From: a virus
Length of the DNA stretch: 64,000 bases
Strand: one strand, 5' to 3'
Virus record (IMG/VR): IMGVR_UViG_3300030012_002828
Coordinates: 29,844 to 93,843 of that record
Below are positions 30,393 through 40,179 of this stretch, in pieces (position 1 is the first letter of the stretch; each line of letters begins with the position of its first letter). Below the pieces are notes generated by a model that was not told the DNA's origin, searched no databases, and was given only the letters and a program-made list of their open reading frames with translations. A program made the translations under genes and the position numbers.

Positions 30393-31075
30393 TAATAACT
30401 CACCTCTTTTTCCGAATTTAATGCCTTTAGAATATGGTATGCGGTTTTATTACCAATTCCTTTTATCTTAGTTATATCTTGAATATCGGCCATTGATATT
30501 TCTGCAATACTTCCAAAGGACTTTAATAGGGCTTTTGCTTTTTCTACTGAAACACCCTTTATTTCAGATAGCACATCTACTCTTACATCGTCTGTTCTTA
30601 TTTTTTTTGGTAATTCTTTGTGTATAATTAATTCTTTATCTATATGTTCTGTTGTTGCTAATATTAAATGAGCCGCAGTTCTATAACTATCTACCCATAT
30701 AGGTTTAACATCTGTATGTAGGGCAATAGAAGTTATAGCACCTACAAACATTTTCTTTAGTTTAGTTCTCCAACTCATTGAATTATAATTTGTTCTATGT
30801 AAATATTCTAATGCATCGTCTAATGTTCCGTATATTAATATTATATTTTTATTATATGTCCTATCCATATTATCTAATTGATTAAATAATCTTTTATTTC
30901 TTACAGATTGTAAAAAGTCTGCGGCTGACTTTGCTTCTATACAACAATCACCTACAATATAATCTCCAATCTCTAACCATTTCTTTTCTGTTTTAATTTT
31001 TGCTTTATTTGCTATTGTTTCTAATGTTCTACTTAGTTGTGAATCTTCTCTACTATCAATAATTATCATGACCAT
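30392..31075 (-). CDS. ERCC4/XPF-family nuclease with HhH domain
   Basis: IIDSRE, GDY, IEAKS..DF and C-terminal HhH 'IKGIG'. Confidence 0.9.
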   Translation of the reverse strand: MVMIIIDSREDSQLSRTLETIANKAKIKTEKKWLEIGDYIVGDCCIEAKSAADFLQSVRNKRLFNQLDNMDRTYNKNIILIYGTLDDALEYLHRTNYNSMSWRTKLKKMFVGAITSIALHTDVKPIWVDSYRTAAHLILATTEHIDKELIIHKELPKKIRTDDVRVDVLSEIKGVSVEKAKALLKSFGSIAEISMADIQDITKIKGIGNKTAYHILKALNSEKEVSY

Positions 31076-32111
31076 ACCTCCAACATTTTCCTATACAAAG
31101 TCCTTCTTCAATTAAAGTATTACAATTAGGTGACATATATCTTCCATCTACAATAAACCTTACATGTTTTCTTGTTTCATTTGGATTATAATCTATCCAT
31201 GTATCTTCATTAGATGCTATTGTTTTGATTTCATTTTCAATAATTGCTTTAATATCTTCCAAAGCATTACCTGTAATATCTCTTGGCTTACAATCTAAAT
31301 TATCTTTTACTACTGTTAGTTCGGATAAAAACTCATTATACCATTGTACTAATAACACTCTTGCTCTATGATTAGGATTTTCAGACATAACAGCATTTTT
31401 TAAACAAGGTAATATTGGTAAATCACCCGGACTATCAACACTATCAATTTCTATATCTGCTGTTTCCATTCTTTTAACTTCAGGCCATTTAACTAATGTC
31501 TTACCATAATAAACAGGTTTTATTTTTCTTTTGCCTTCTTTTGACAGTTTATATATTGTGGGCAACCCCGCAAGTAAATCTTCATGAGTAATGGGAATAC
31601 ACCAACGATTCGCTTTTAGGTGAAAGGTATTTTGTATTCTTCTGAGTCTACTCGTATTAATAACAACTGTATCAAGATAAGGACTTCTATTTACAACATC
31701 ATAACAGATATTAAAAAATGCTTTAACTTGTCTAAATGTTCTTGCTACATTACCATATACAAATATGTGAAAACCTCTACCAGAAAAAGATATATTGTGT
31801 TTATAGTCTTTTTCTAATAACCAATTATGCATTCTCAATACATCTTGATATAACTTAGGCATAGATTCTTCATCACCATGAGCATCAAAGTCAAGAAATA
31901 TTCTGTCAATAATAATAGAATACTCTAATCCCCTATTAGGAGTAAAGTGTTTATAATCATACACCGATGTAAAAAGATTCATCTTACCATTATACATTTG
32001 TATAAAGTTTCTATATTCTTCTTCGTTTTTTACAACTATTCTTGAGGCTTCTCTTGCTTTATTTCTTAAACTACCTGCCCACATTTCTCTCGGAAAATAC
32101 ATTTTTATCAC
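31056..32111 (-). CDS. Archaeo-eukaryotic primase, PriS catalytic domain fused to a PriL-like Cys domain
   Basis: FLDFD, FSGRGFH, RLRR; C-terminal LPC..NH.AR..SPNC..C...C. Confidence 0.85.
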   Translation of the reverse strand: MIKMYFPREMWAGSLRNKAREASRIVVKNEEEYRNFIQMYNGKMNLFTSVYDYKHFTPNRGLEYSIIIDRIFLDFDAHGDEESMPKLYQDVLRMHNWLLEKDYKHNISFSGRGFHIFVYGNVARTFRQVKAFFNICYDVVNRSPYLDTVVINTSRLRRIQNTFHLKANRWCIPITHEDLLAGLPTIYKLSKEGKRKIKPVYYGKTLVKWPEVKRMETADIEIDSVDSPGDLPILPCLKNAVMSENPNHRARVLLVQWYNEFLSELTVVKDNLDCKPRDITGNALEDIKAIIENEIKTIASNEDTWIDYNPNETRKHVRFIVDGRYMSPNCNTLIEEGLCIGKCWRYGHDNY

Positions 32112-32118
32112 CTTTCAT

Positions 32119-32598
32119 TTATCTCATTCCTCTTTTACGCATTTCTTCGTCTGTTAATTGTTTAGTATCTAATTTTATTCTATCTTTTAAAGTAACTATC
32201 TTCTCATTTTCGTCAGAACCGTCTTCAAGTCTTTCCAACTCTCCTTCCAATTCTTCTTCCATTTCTTTATTAATTTCTTCAATTGGTTCATCATTAAAAT
32301 TCACCGTTGCTGTTTTTAAATACTTTGCTAATTTAGCAGTAATCCATTCTTCTAATTTATCAAATGTTCTATTATATATTGCTTTAGCAAAAGACATTTC
32401 ACCTTTTGGTAAATCTGTATCACAAATAATAAAATACTTAGTTTCTATATCCATACCAGATATTAATTCTTTTGCTAATTCTGAAACAATATCTTCTTTG
32501 TTAATAATATCAGTTAGAGTCCATTGTCTTTCCATTATTTTATCTTCTATAACACCACTTTTATAAAAATCTTCACCTGCATTAGAACCAATCGTCAT
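32119..32598 (-). CDS. Hypothetical protein
   Basis: Start ATG32598 after GGAGG; track start 32643. Confidence 0.6.
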   Translation of the reverse strand: MTIGSNAGEDFYKSGVIEDKIMERQWTLTDIINKEDIVSELAKELISGMDIETKYFIICDTDLPKGEMSFAKAIYNRTFDKLEEWITAKLAKYLKTATVNFNDEPIEEINKEMEEELEGELERLEDGSDENEKIVTLKDRIKLDTKQLTDEEMRKRGMR

Positions 32599-33460
32599 TT
32601 TGAGAACCTCCATCTGCCGCTTCACAATGGTCATAATGACCACAATGAATACACTTCTTATAGAAATATGAAGCCTTAAACTCTTCTTCTAAATATGAGT
32701 TAATTAATTTTTCAAAGGATGCTTTAACTGCGGTTTCTGAACGCTTAGAAACTTTTTCAGCATATACATAATTACTTGCTGGATAATACCAAGCCCAATG
32801 TGTAAAAGGAATTTCAGGGTCTAAACCAAAACTTCTAATTTGTTCGGGGTCAGCATTCTCAAATAGTATTTTATAAAAAGCCATTTCTTTACGCATTGTT
32901 GTTTTCTTAGAATCCTTCCATGCGCCTGTTTTTAATTCCATAGGAATATAACCATCATCCTCAAAAAATAATCTATCTATTATTCCTTGTAAATGTACTT
33001 CAATACCTGATTCTGTTGTATATCTTGCATCTAACATTATTTCATTTCCTACCGGAATAAATGTATCAAGTGTTTCTTCATGATGACATTCGATAAATCT
33101 TTCAGTATTATAGGCAGACATGGCTGTGTATAATTCCTCATAATCTTCTTTGTCTGTTTCGGGATATAAACTACGAAAATGTTTCTGTAATTTCATGGGT
33201 TCTTCTATATATTTTAAAGCATCCTCTATCTTTACTATTTTCCAAAAATCTTCTTGGGCATTGTGTACAATTGTTCCTTTAATCATAGCAGGACTTGTTT
33301 TTTGTTTTATATCGTCAATATATCCATACTTATAATTAAGATTACAAAACCCATAACTACCAATAGAAGATTTAGTAATCTTCAGTATAGGAGGTTTTCC
33401 ATCTGTATTTGCTTCCCACTTATATGTGTATTCTCCATTTTCTTTTCTCATTCTAAACAC
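32582..33460 (-). CDS. Cas4/RecB-like PD-(D/E)xK exonuclease
   Basis: C..., GTIVH, GIIDRL, ELKTG and C-terminal CxxCxxxxxC. Confidence 0.85.
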   Translation of the reverse strand: MFRMRKENGEYTYKWEANTDGKPPILKITKSSIGSYGFCNLNYKYGYIDDIKQKTSPAMIKGTIVHNAQEDFWKIVKIEDALKYIEEPMKLQKHFRSLYPETDKEDYEELYTAMSAYNTERFIECHHEETLDTFIPVGNEIMLDARYTTESGIEVHLQGIIDRLFFEDDGYIPMELKTGAWKDSKKTTMRKEMAFYKILFENADPEQIRSFGLDPEIPFTHWAWYYPASNYVYAEKVSKRSETAVKASFEKLINSYLEEEFKASYFYKKCIHCGHYDHCEAADGGSQNDDWF

Positions 33461-33489
33461 CTTTTCTACATTTTTATTTGGGAGGATTT

Positions 33490-33963
33490 TTATTTCACTT
33501 TTTTTAGTTCGTCAATTAATTGACTTGCCCCCTGTCGGGTAAGTCCTTCAGGTATATCTCCACCCAATTTTTTGATATACTTGACTTGATTTTCTGTCGG
33601 TTCTTTATCTGCATTTTCTTTAGATACTCTTGATGTAGAGTTTTCTAAATTAGTTCTTAGCATAGAAGCCGTAGTTAAGTCGTGACACGCTTTACATAAT
33701 TCAACAACATTAGACCTTGCACTAATTAAGTGTATTAGTCCTTCTTTTTTACATTTATGTTGTGAAATAATATGATGCCATTCGGTATAACCATCTGGTG
33801 CAGGTTCTAAACAAATACTACAAATGCCTGTTTTAACCCAAAGACTTTCTTCTTCGGCTTGTAACTTGGCAATTTTTTCTTCAGCCTTGTTATATTTTTC
33901 TTCCAACTTTTCCATTTCATTTTTCAATTTCTTTATTTCCTTAATATTACTTTGTTCTCTCAA
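33490..33963 (-). CDS. HNH endonuclease with N-terminal coiled coil
   Basis: CSIC..EWHHI..NVVELCKACH. Confidence 0.8.
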   Translation of the reverse strand: MREQSNIKEIKKLKNEMEKLEEKYNKAEEKIAKLQAEEESLWVKTGICSICLEPAPDGYTEWHHIISQHKCKKEGLIHLISARSNVVELCKACHDLTTASMLRTNLENSTSRVSKENADKEPTENQVKYIKKLGGDIPEGLTRQGASQLIDELKKVK

Positions 33964-33964
33964 A

Positions 33965-36364
33965 TTACCACCAACTATCTAATGTTGTTTGTCTACCATC
34001 ATTGGCTATCGCTGATAAATCCCACCTTAGAGATTCATATATTAGACTAACCTTTTTGCTTATTTCTGATTCGGCAAGTCTAACCCAATTAATCGGAAAG
34101 TTATCTATAACTTCGTCTAATTTTTTAAATGCAATATAATCTACATTTCTTATTCTTCCTTTAGTTTCATACTGTCGAGGATATTTAGTAATACCTTTAT
34201 TGTCTACTGTATAATAATAATAACTATCACCTTCTTTTATTTCTCCAATTTCTTGATTATAAAACAGAACACCTGCTGAACCACCTGCAATTGAATCATA
34301 TTCTTCTAATGGTTTTCTTAATCTACTTTGTTTAATAATAGAAGACGGTTTGTATTTTCCACCTTTAACTATTTTATACATAGCCTTAGCATATTTGGTT
34401 ACTTCAGATTCTGTTTTACCTTGCGCTACCATTTGTAATATTTTAGCCTGTACTTCTTTAGCAAGTTTAGTTTCATTAGATTTTTTCATTTCAAAACCCA
34501 TTACAAAGAATTCGTCTACTACTTTGTTATCTTTCCAAGATAAATAACCACAATAGCGATTCTTTTTCTTAGATAAGAAAAATGACTTTGCATACTTTTC
34601 AAACTCTAAAATTACATGTTCATTAAATACATCATTCTGTATGTGTTGATTTAGTAAAGCACAAAGACCTTTAGCATCATCAACATTTTTTACTTTTACA
34701 AATATAGAATCAGTATGTCCATAAATAACTTCATAGCCTAACTCTATTGCTTTAAATGCTACACTTCTCATGGCTTCTCTTGCTGAAGCAGTAATGGCTT
34801 GTGCCATTTCCATATCGCCCCAACCATAACCATCTTTTGCTAATACTCCATACAAAGCATTTACACCACGCTTGGTAGCCATTTGTGCTGAATCCCATTT
34901 TCTATATTCTTCATCAGTCTTAGCATCACGCATATTTTTCTTATATCCATCACGCATTTTCATAAGTGTTAGAACAGCATTTGGTAATACTCCTAAGTTA
35001 TCTTTTCTAAATGATACACTAATGTTTTCTCCTTTCCACTCTCTAAGATTTTTAGGTGTAGAAAAATAAACATTATGAGCATCGTCATGGTTAGATTTTG
35101 TTTCCCATGAAATATTACGACTTGCCATCATGCTTGGGTATAGTGATTTAAAATCAAATACTGCGACATTTTCATGTAATCCAAAAGTATCTTCTTCTTC
35201 AGGATTCATTACGAATGCTGCCTCATATTTTGTTTTAATACCTTTTTGACCTGTTGGTGCAATCCAATCAGAATGACGCATAAAATATGCCGCCCCCATT
35301 TGTGAATTATGAAATACACATTCAAAAGGACATACGAATAGATGTTGAAGTGCAATATCATTTTCGGTAATATTCATTTCATCATCCATTCTAACCATCA
35401 ATTCTACATCTACTCGGTTATACTCAAGGAAAACTTCTGTATCTTCTAACCATGAGCGCAAGAAAAATTCATCGTCGCCAAACTTAGCATTTGATTTTTC
35501 TTTACCAATATCTTCACCTAATAATCTTCTTGAACAATAATCTAATTTAAGAGAAGGTAGTGTTCCTCTTTGGGAATCTAACCACAATCTTTCAAAGCGT
35601 GTCATAAGACAATAAGTAATTCTACCTTTTATTGGTTGGGATGTATTGGCATAATTAATATTATAAATTCTATTATGAGAAACACCTCTAACTTCTCTAT
35701 GTGGAGATAATTTCTTTGGATTAATATTATTAGCAATTAATCTTTCAATAATAGTAGGTATATCAAAACCTAATACATACCACCCTATAATCATATCAGG
35801 GTCTTTATCTTCTACAAATTTAACAAAGGCTTCTAACATATCCTGTTCATCTTCATAAACTAATACATCTTTGTATGATGGTAATGGTTCAATAGGAAAA
35901 TGTGTCATAACATAATAGTAATCATCAAAAGAATCATAAAAAGTTAAAGCGTTAATTTGTCCATTGTATCTACCGCCAACCTGTGTTTCAATATCAAGAT
36001 ACCATTTACGCAAGTTATATTCTTTTATTTCTTCCATACAATCATTTGTGTATTTTCTTGCTAAACCTATATCGGCTTCATATGTTATAGTCCAATTCTT
36101 TTTAGCATTATGAAAATCACCAACAGTATCAAAAACAACTTTAGTTAATTCTTTACCACCTAATGATTTCCACTCACCAAATACATATGTAGGCTTTATT
36201 CTGTTAGCCCCATACCTGCTTGATGATTCTATATACTCAGGCATCTGTTCTGTTCTTTCAATAAAAAAGTATGGTTTAAAATTAGTAATAGTTTTATTAA
36301 CCCTTTTGTTATCTTTATCTCTCCATCTTAATTCTATATTATTTTTTGCTTCACTAATTATCAT
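33965..36364 (-). CDS. polB: Family B DNA polymerase
   Basis: LDIET, DFKSLYPS, KRGVNALYG, YGHTDS, KNRY; C-terminal PIP-like QTTLDSWW. Confidence 0.97.
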   Translation of the reverse strand: MIISEAKNNIELRWRDKDNKRVNKTITNFKPYFFIERTEQMPEYIESSSRYGANRIKPTYVFGEWKSLGGKELTKVVFDTVGDFHNAKKNWTITYEADIGLARKYTNDCMEEIKEYNLRKWYLDIETQVGGRYNGQINALTFYDSFDDYYYVMTHFPIEPLPSYKDVLVYEDEQDMLEAFVKFVEDKDPDMIIGWYVLGFDIPTIIERLIANNINPKKLSPHREVRGVSHNRIYNINYANTSQPIKGRITYCLMTRFERLWLDSQRGTLPSLKLDYCSRRLLGEDIGKEKSNAKFGDDEFFLRSWLEDTEVFLEYNRVDVELMVRMDDEMNITENDIALQHLFVCPFECVFHNSQMGAAYFMRHSDWIAPTGQKGIKTKYEAAFVMNPEEEDTFGLHENVAVFDFKSLYPSMMASRNISWETKSNHDDAHNVYFSTPKNLREWKGENISVSFRKDNLGVLPNAVLTLMKMRDGYKKNMRDAKTDEEYRKWDSAQMATKRGVNALYGVLAKDGYGWGDMEMAQAITASAREAMRSVAFKAIELGYEVIYGHTDSIFVKVKNVDDAKGLCALLNQHIQNDVFNEHVILEFEKYAKSFFLSKKKNRYCGYLSWKDNKVVDEFFVMGFEMKKSNETKLAKEVQAKILQMVAQGKTESEVTKYAKAMYKIVKGGKYKPSSIIKQSRLRKPLEEYDSIAGGSAGVLFYNQEIGEIKEGDSYYYYTVDNKGITKYPRQYETKGRIRNVDYIAFKKLDEVIDNFPINWVRLAESEISKKVSLIYESLRWDLSAIANDGRQTTLDSWW

Positions 36365-36372
36365 TCTATCAC

Positions 36373-37425
36373 CTAATATAATCCGTGTGGTTTTGCTTCT
36401 AATTGTCCTGCTTGTGTAACTCTACAAAACTGTGCTTTATTTTGAAATTCATCAATTTTATATGCACCTACATAACTCATAGAAGATTTGATTCCATCAG
36501 TTATATCATCAACTATTCTTCTTACCTTTCCTTTGTATGGAGTAATTTTAGAATTACCTTCTACATTTTTAGTTTCTTCGCCTCTTGCTGTTTTAGAATC
36601 AATAGATGCAGAACCTTGATACTTTTTGTATAATTGTTCATTAGGCCATTGACCCATTTTAGATATAATTCCGGGTGTTTCTTTTGTACCCGCAAATAAA
36701 GAACCTATCATAACTGTATCAGCACCGAGAGCAATTGCTTTAGGAATATCTCCTACTGTTTTACAACCACCATCAGCAACAATATATGGTATTTCATCTA
36801 AATCTAAAACTTCATTTATATGATAAGCAATATCTAATAATGCTGTTGCTTGAGGAACACCGACACCTGCTCTAATTCTTGTTTCACACATAGAACCATT
36901 ACCTATTCCTACTCTTAAAGAATCAGCACCTGCTTCAATTAATCTTTCAGCCGCACCTTTAGTTACAATATTACCTGCCATTACATGAACATCTTCAAAT
37001 TCTTCTTTAATATAAGAAATCATTTCACCGACTAATTCATGGTCGCCATGAGCAACATCAATACATACACCTTGAATATTGGTATAACCTACTAAAGAAT
37101 CAAATCTTTCTTTACCTTTTTCTCCTACACCAATAGCGGCAATATATTGTCCTCTTACTTCTGCTTCAATATCATAACATAATGCTACTTGCTCTTTAAT
37201 ACTTTGAAATCTGTGTAATACTCCAATACCACCAAGTTTTGCTAATTCAATACACATTTCTGAACCGCATACTGTGTCCATTGGTGAAGCAATTAAAGGA
37301 ACATTTAAACTATAATTCCCAAATTCAACTGATGTATCACAATAAATTCTTGATTTTATATCTGACATATTTGGTATAATACTAATATCATCATAAGTTA
37401 AACTATCTCTTTCTTCTATTTTCAT
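36373..37425 (-). CDS. guaB: IMP dehydrogenase/GMP reductase family protein without CBS domains
   Basis: [44 protein letters not shown]. Confidence 0.85.
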   Translation of the reverse strand: MKIEERDSLTYDDISIIPNMSDIKSRIYCDTSVEFGNYSLNVPLIASPMDTVCGSEMCIELAKLGGIGVLHRFQSIKEQVALCYDIEAEVRGQYIAAIGVGEKGKERFDSLVGYTNIQGVCIDVAHGDHELVGEMISYIKEEFEDVHVMAGNIVTKGAAERLIEAGADSLRVGIGNGSMCETRIRAGVGVPQATALLDIAYHINEVLDLDEIPYIVADGGCKTVGDIPKAIALGADTVMIGSLFAGTKETPGIISKMGQWPNEQLYKKYQGSASIDSKTARGEETKNVEGNSKITPYKGKVRRIVDDITDGIKSSMSYVGAYKIDEFQNKAQFCRVTQAGQLEAKPHGLY

Positions 37426-37678
37426 TCTTATCTCTCCCTAATACTTTATCTTTAGACATTCTAAGGTCGCCTAAAACCCATCTGAGGGAATTAATTACTC
37501 CCTCTAAACCTTTATAATTATTCCAATGAGATTGCCTTAATGGTTTTGGACAAGTTTGAAATGCTGTCCATCTTCTATTTTGTTCTCTCTCGGCTTCATC
37601 TAATAAGTTTTCAATTTGTTCCCATGTTCTATCGTAAGCAAAATTTTCACTATCTTGGTGGTCATTCATCTTTTTCAC
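37403..37678 (-). CDS. Hypothetical protein
   Basis: Coupled ORF in the operon. Confidence 0.6.
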   Translation of the reverse strand: MKKMNDHQDSENFAYDRTWEQIENLLDEAEREQNRRWTAFQTCPKPLRQSHWNNYKGLEGVINSLRWVLGDLRMSKDKVLGRDKNENRRKR

Positions 37679-37886
37679 TTTCCTCTTTTAATTGTTCTGC
37701 TTTCATTTTACAAACAGGACAACCATTATCAGCGATTAAATCTTTACACCATCCGGTATTACATAATACTCCGGCCGCTTCTAAATTAAGTGCATTTGCC
37801 ATATATTGTATCATTTGTAATAAACTTTGTACTACAACCATTAATTCTTGTTTTTCTTGCTTTTCTTCCTTTACTTCTTTACTCAT
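37662..37886 (-). CDS. Hypothetical Cys-containing protein
   Basis: CxxxxC..CPVC. Confidence 0.55.
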   Translation of the reverse strand: MSKEVKEEKQEKQELMVVVQSLLQMIQYMANALNLEAAGVLCNTGWCKDLIADNGCPVCKMKAEQLKEESEKDE

Positions 37887-37890
37887 ATTA

Positions 37891-38655
37891 TCACGCTTCT
37901 ATTCTTGGTGCTCTTAGCATTTTTATATTACCACTAATTACTGAAAGTGGTGATTCATCATTAAATGATAGAATAGTAGTTCTACCTTCTAAATATTTAA
38001 AGAAGGGCGCACTAAATTCCATACACGCTTTTTCTCCTATTGAATCAACGGGTTCTAATTTTACTTTTACTAATTCTCTTCCATTAGAAGATGAAACATT
38101 TAAATTTTCACCATCAAATTCTAATTGAAAAACTGAATTACCAACTGCTTCACAGTCTAACAATGCATTTGATAACTCTTCAGTAATAACTTTAATTCTT
38201 GTTTTCAATTGAGTTTTAGGACTTACTACAACTTCTTCATTAATATCTCTACTTACTTTTAGATTATTTTCAACAAACAAAATACTATCATTATTTTCAT
38301 GTCTATTTATAATTGGTAATCTAACAGTTTTTCTTTCATCAATTAATACAAGAGAATTATCATCTACTTTAAATATACATTCTGTTTTAGGTAAATATTT
38401 CAATAGAATATCTGAATCTATTGCTATTCTACCAGAAATAGTATCATCTATTTCAATTAGATTTAATACATTAGAAATATATGTTGAAGCATTACCATTT
38501 GTTAATACACAATTGTTATCTTCTTTATTAACACTAAACACAATATTAGCGCATAATACACTATTTTTGTTAGTATTACCATTATTCCATTTACCTTTTA
38601 GTAAAACACTTTCAATCTTATCTCTTAGTTCTTTTCCATTTAATTTACATTTCAT
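37891..38655 (-). CDS. pcn: PCNA-like DNA sliding clamp
   Basis: 254 aa two-domain alpha/beta pattern ending 'SFNDESPLSV...LRAPRIE'; lies in the replication block with RFC. Confidence 0.75.
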   Translation of the reverse strand: MKCKLNGKELRDKIESVLLKGKWNNGNTNKNSVLCANIVFSVNKEDNNCVLTNGNASTYISNVLNLIEIDDTISGRIAIDSDILLKYLPKTECIFKVDDNSLVLIDERKTVRLPIINRHENNDSILFVENNLKVSRDINEEVVVSPKTQLKTRIKVITEELSNALLDCEAVGNSVFQLEFDGENLNVSSSNGRELVKVKLEPVDSIGEKACMEFSAPFFKYLEGRTTILSFNDESPLSVISGNIKMLRAPRIEA

Positions 38656-38798
38656 ATTATCATCTCCATAGTATAGGGGGAATATTAGGATTGGAGGAAA
38701 ACCCCGTTTGCATGAGTATACCGTTTAATATTCAATTACCGCTTAACAAAACCCTATCTTCGGTTGTGTAGGTTAATTATTTAACCCGTATAACCAAT

Positions 38799-39713
38799 TT
38801 AAAGAGTACCTTCCCTTAACGCTGGTATTCCATTCCAAACAATATCTTTACCATCATTTTCCATAATAGTAAATGTTTGACCTACATTTTCTGCATTGGT
38901 TTTAGATTTTCTAACTAAACCTGATAGTTTAAATGTCTTGCCTCTTTCTTCCATTTTACATTCAATATGTTGAAACAATTTGGCTGTTGTAGATTTTTCC
39001 CAATCAGGTTTTAATCCTACAATTTCAAATCCATCATGTACTTCTTTCATATGTGTAATAAAGAATTTATGACATCTTAATTGACAAGCCGCCTTAAATA
39101 ATCTTTTATATTCTTCTGTTCTTGCATACCATTGTGTCGGCACCATTTTTACTTTATCTGCTGCTCTTGGGTCTTTACCTTTAATATGATTTAATCTTGC
39201 AATCATATTAGTAGTATCTAACCATGAATCAAGACCGTCAAATACAATAGCCTTTACGCCTTCAATTTGGACAATTTCATCACCATCTTCGATTTGACCT
39301 GTTTCTATTGCTTCTTTAACCATAGCAATAAAATATCTTGCCATATCAGCAGTAGCCATATAATCAACAGTCATATCTTCATTATACATATATGGATTAA
39401 AGATTACAATCTTTTCATCATTAGCCCAATGTTGTCGCCATGTAGGTTCAGCACCTTCATCAAAATCAAGAATAAACAACCAATGAGTTTTTCTTTCTTC
39501 TTCTGTTCTACAATCTAATGCAATTCCTGTTTTACCTGTTCCCGGATTTCCACTAATTCCACAAATCATAAATGCTGTTTCTTGCTCAAGTAATTTCTTT
39601 CGCTGATTCATAGCCCTTAATTTTGCTTCCTTAAAAGCGGATAATCCACTTTCATCTTTCACATTTTTCAATATCTTTCCTGCCGCATTTCCTTTCTTAT
39701 TTCCTATTCCCAT
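38799..39713 (-). CDS. RecA-superfamily ATPase (RadA/Sak4-like recombinase)
   Basis: GNPGTGKT, ILDFD.G, IVFDGLD, FITH. Confidence 0.75.
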   Translation of the reverse strand: MGIGNKKGNAAGKILKNVKDESGLSAFKEAKLRAMNQRKKLLEQETAFMICGISGNPGTGKTGIALDCRTEEERKTHWLFILDFDEGAEPTWRQHWANDEKIVIFNPYMYNEDMTVDYMATADMARYFIAMVKEAIETGQIEDGDEIVQIEGVKAIVFDGLDSWLDTTNMIARLNHIKGKDPRAADKVKMVPTQWYARTEEYKRLFKAACQLRCHKFFITHMKEVHDGFEIVGLKPDWEKSTTAKLFQHIECKMEERGKTFKLSGLVRKSKTNAENVGQTFTIMENDGKDIVWNGIPALREGTL

Positions 39714-39729
39714 TTATTTCACTTCCTTT

Positions 39730-39942
39730 TCAAATTATTAATTCTTTAAATTGTTCTTTCAATTCTTTAAATTGAGTTTCAAATATCTGTCGTGTGTACA
39801 TCTTACCACTTTTCATATGTATTCTAACCGAATACAAATCTTGGTCAGTAATTACTTCATCGTCATCAATTTTCTTCCATTCAATAGATTCAACTTCCGC
39901 TAAATCCATACTTAACTGATTCATTCTTACATATCTTTTCAT
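39730..39942 (-). CDS. Hypothetical protein
   Basis: Start MKRYVR after AGGAG; track start 39975. Confidence 0.55.
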   Translation of the reverse strand: MKRYVRMNQLSMDLAEVESIEWKKIDDDEVITDQDLYSVRIHMKSGKMYTRQIFETQFKELKEQFKELII

Positions 39943-40018
39943 TTTAATTTCTCCTTTAAAAGATAGGCTTCGCACCTATATGACCGTCATTAACGCCTAC
40001 GATTACACAAATAACTAA

Positions 40019-40174
40019 TCAAAGCATTTCGTCTACTCTATCTGTTAGAAGCAATAATGCTGATGCCCACAATCCAACAAAGATACCTAAGTTTTCATCA
40101 TGTAGAGCATAAATACCAATACTACCAACAATAGAAACTAAACTACTATAAAGTCCTAATTTTTTCCAATTCAT
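40019..40174 (-). CDS. 51-aa two-TM membrane protein
   Basis: MNWKKLGLYSSLVSIVGSIGIYALHDENLGIFVGLWASALLLL...; GGTGA SD. Confidence 0.6.
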   Translation of the reverse strand: MNWKKLGLYSSLVSIVGSIGIYALHDENLGIFVGLWASALLLLTDRVDEML

Positions 40175-40179
40175 TTAAA

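Noticed and set aside
32582-33460. Cas4 as part of a CRISPR-Cas locus
   Set aside because: No cas1, cas2 or array; solo Cas4-like nucleases are common in viral replication blocks.
39960-40010. Possible tRNA in an intergenic gap
   Set aside because: Only a short hairpin; no cloverleaf or T-loop. No tRNA or rRNA was recognised anywhere in the window.
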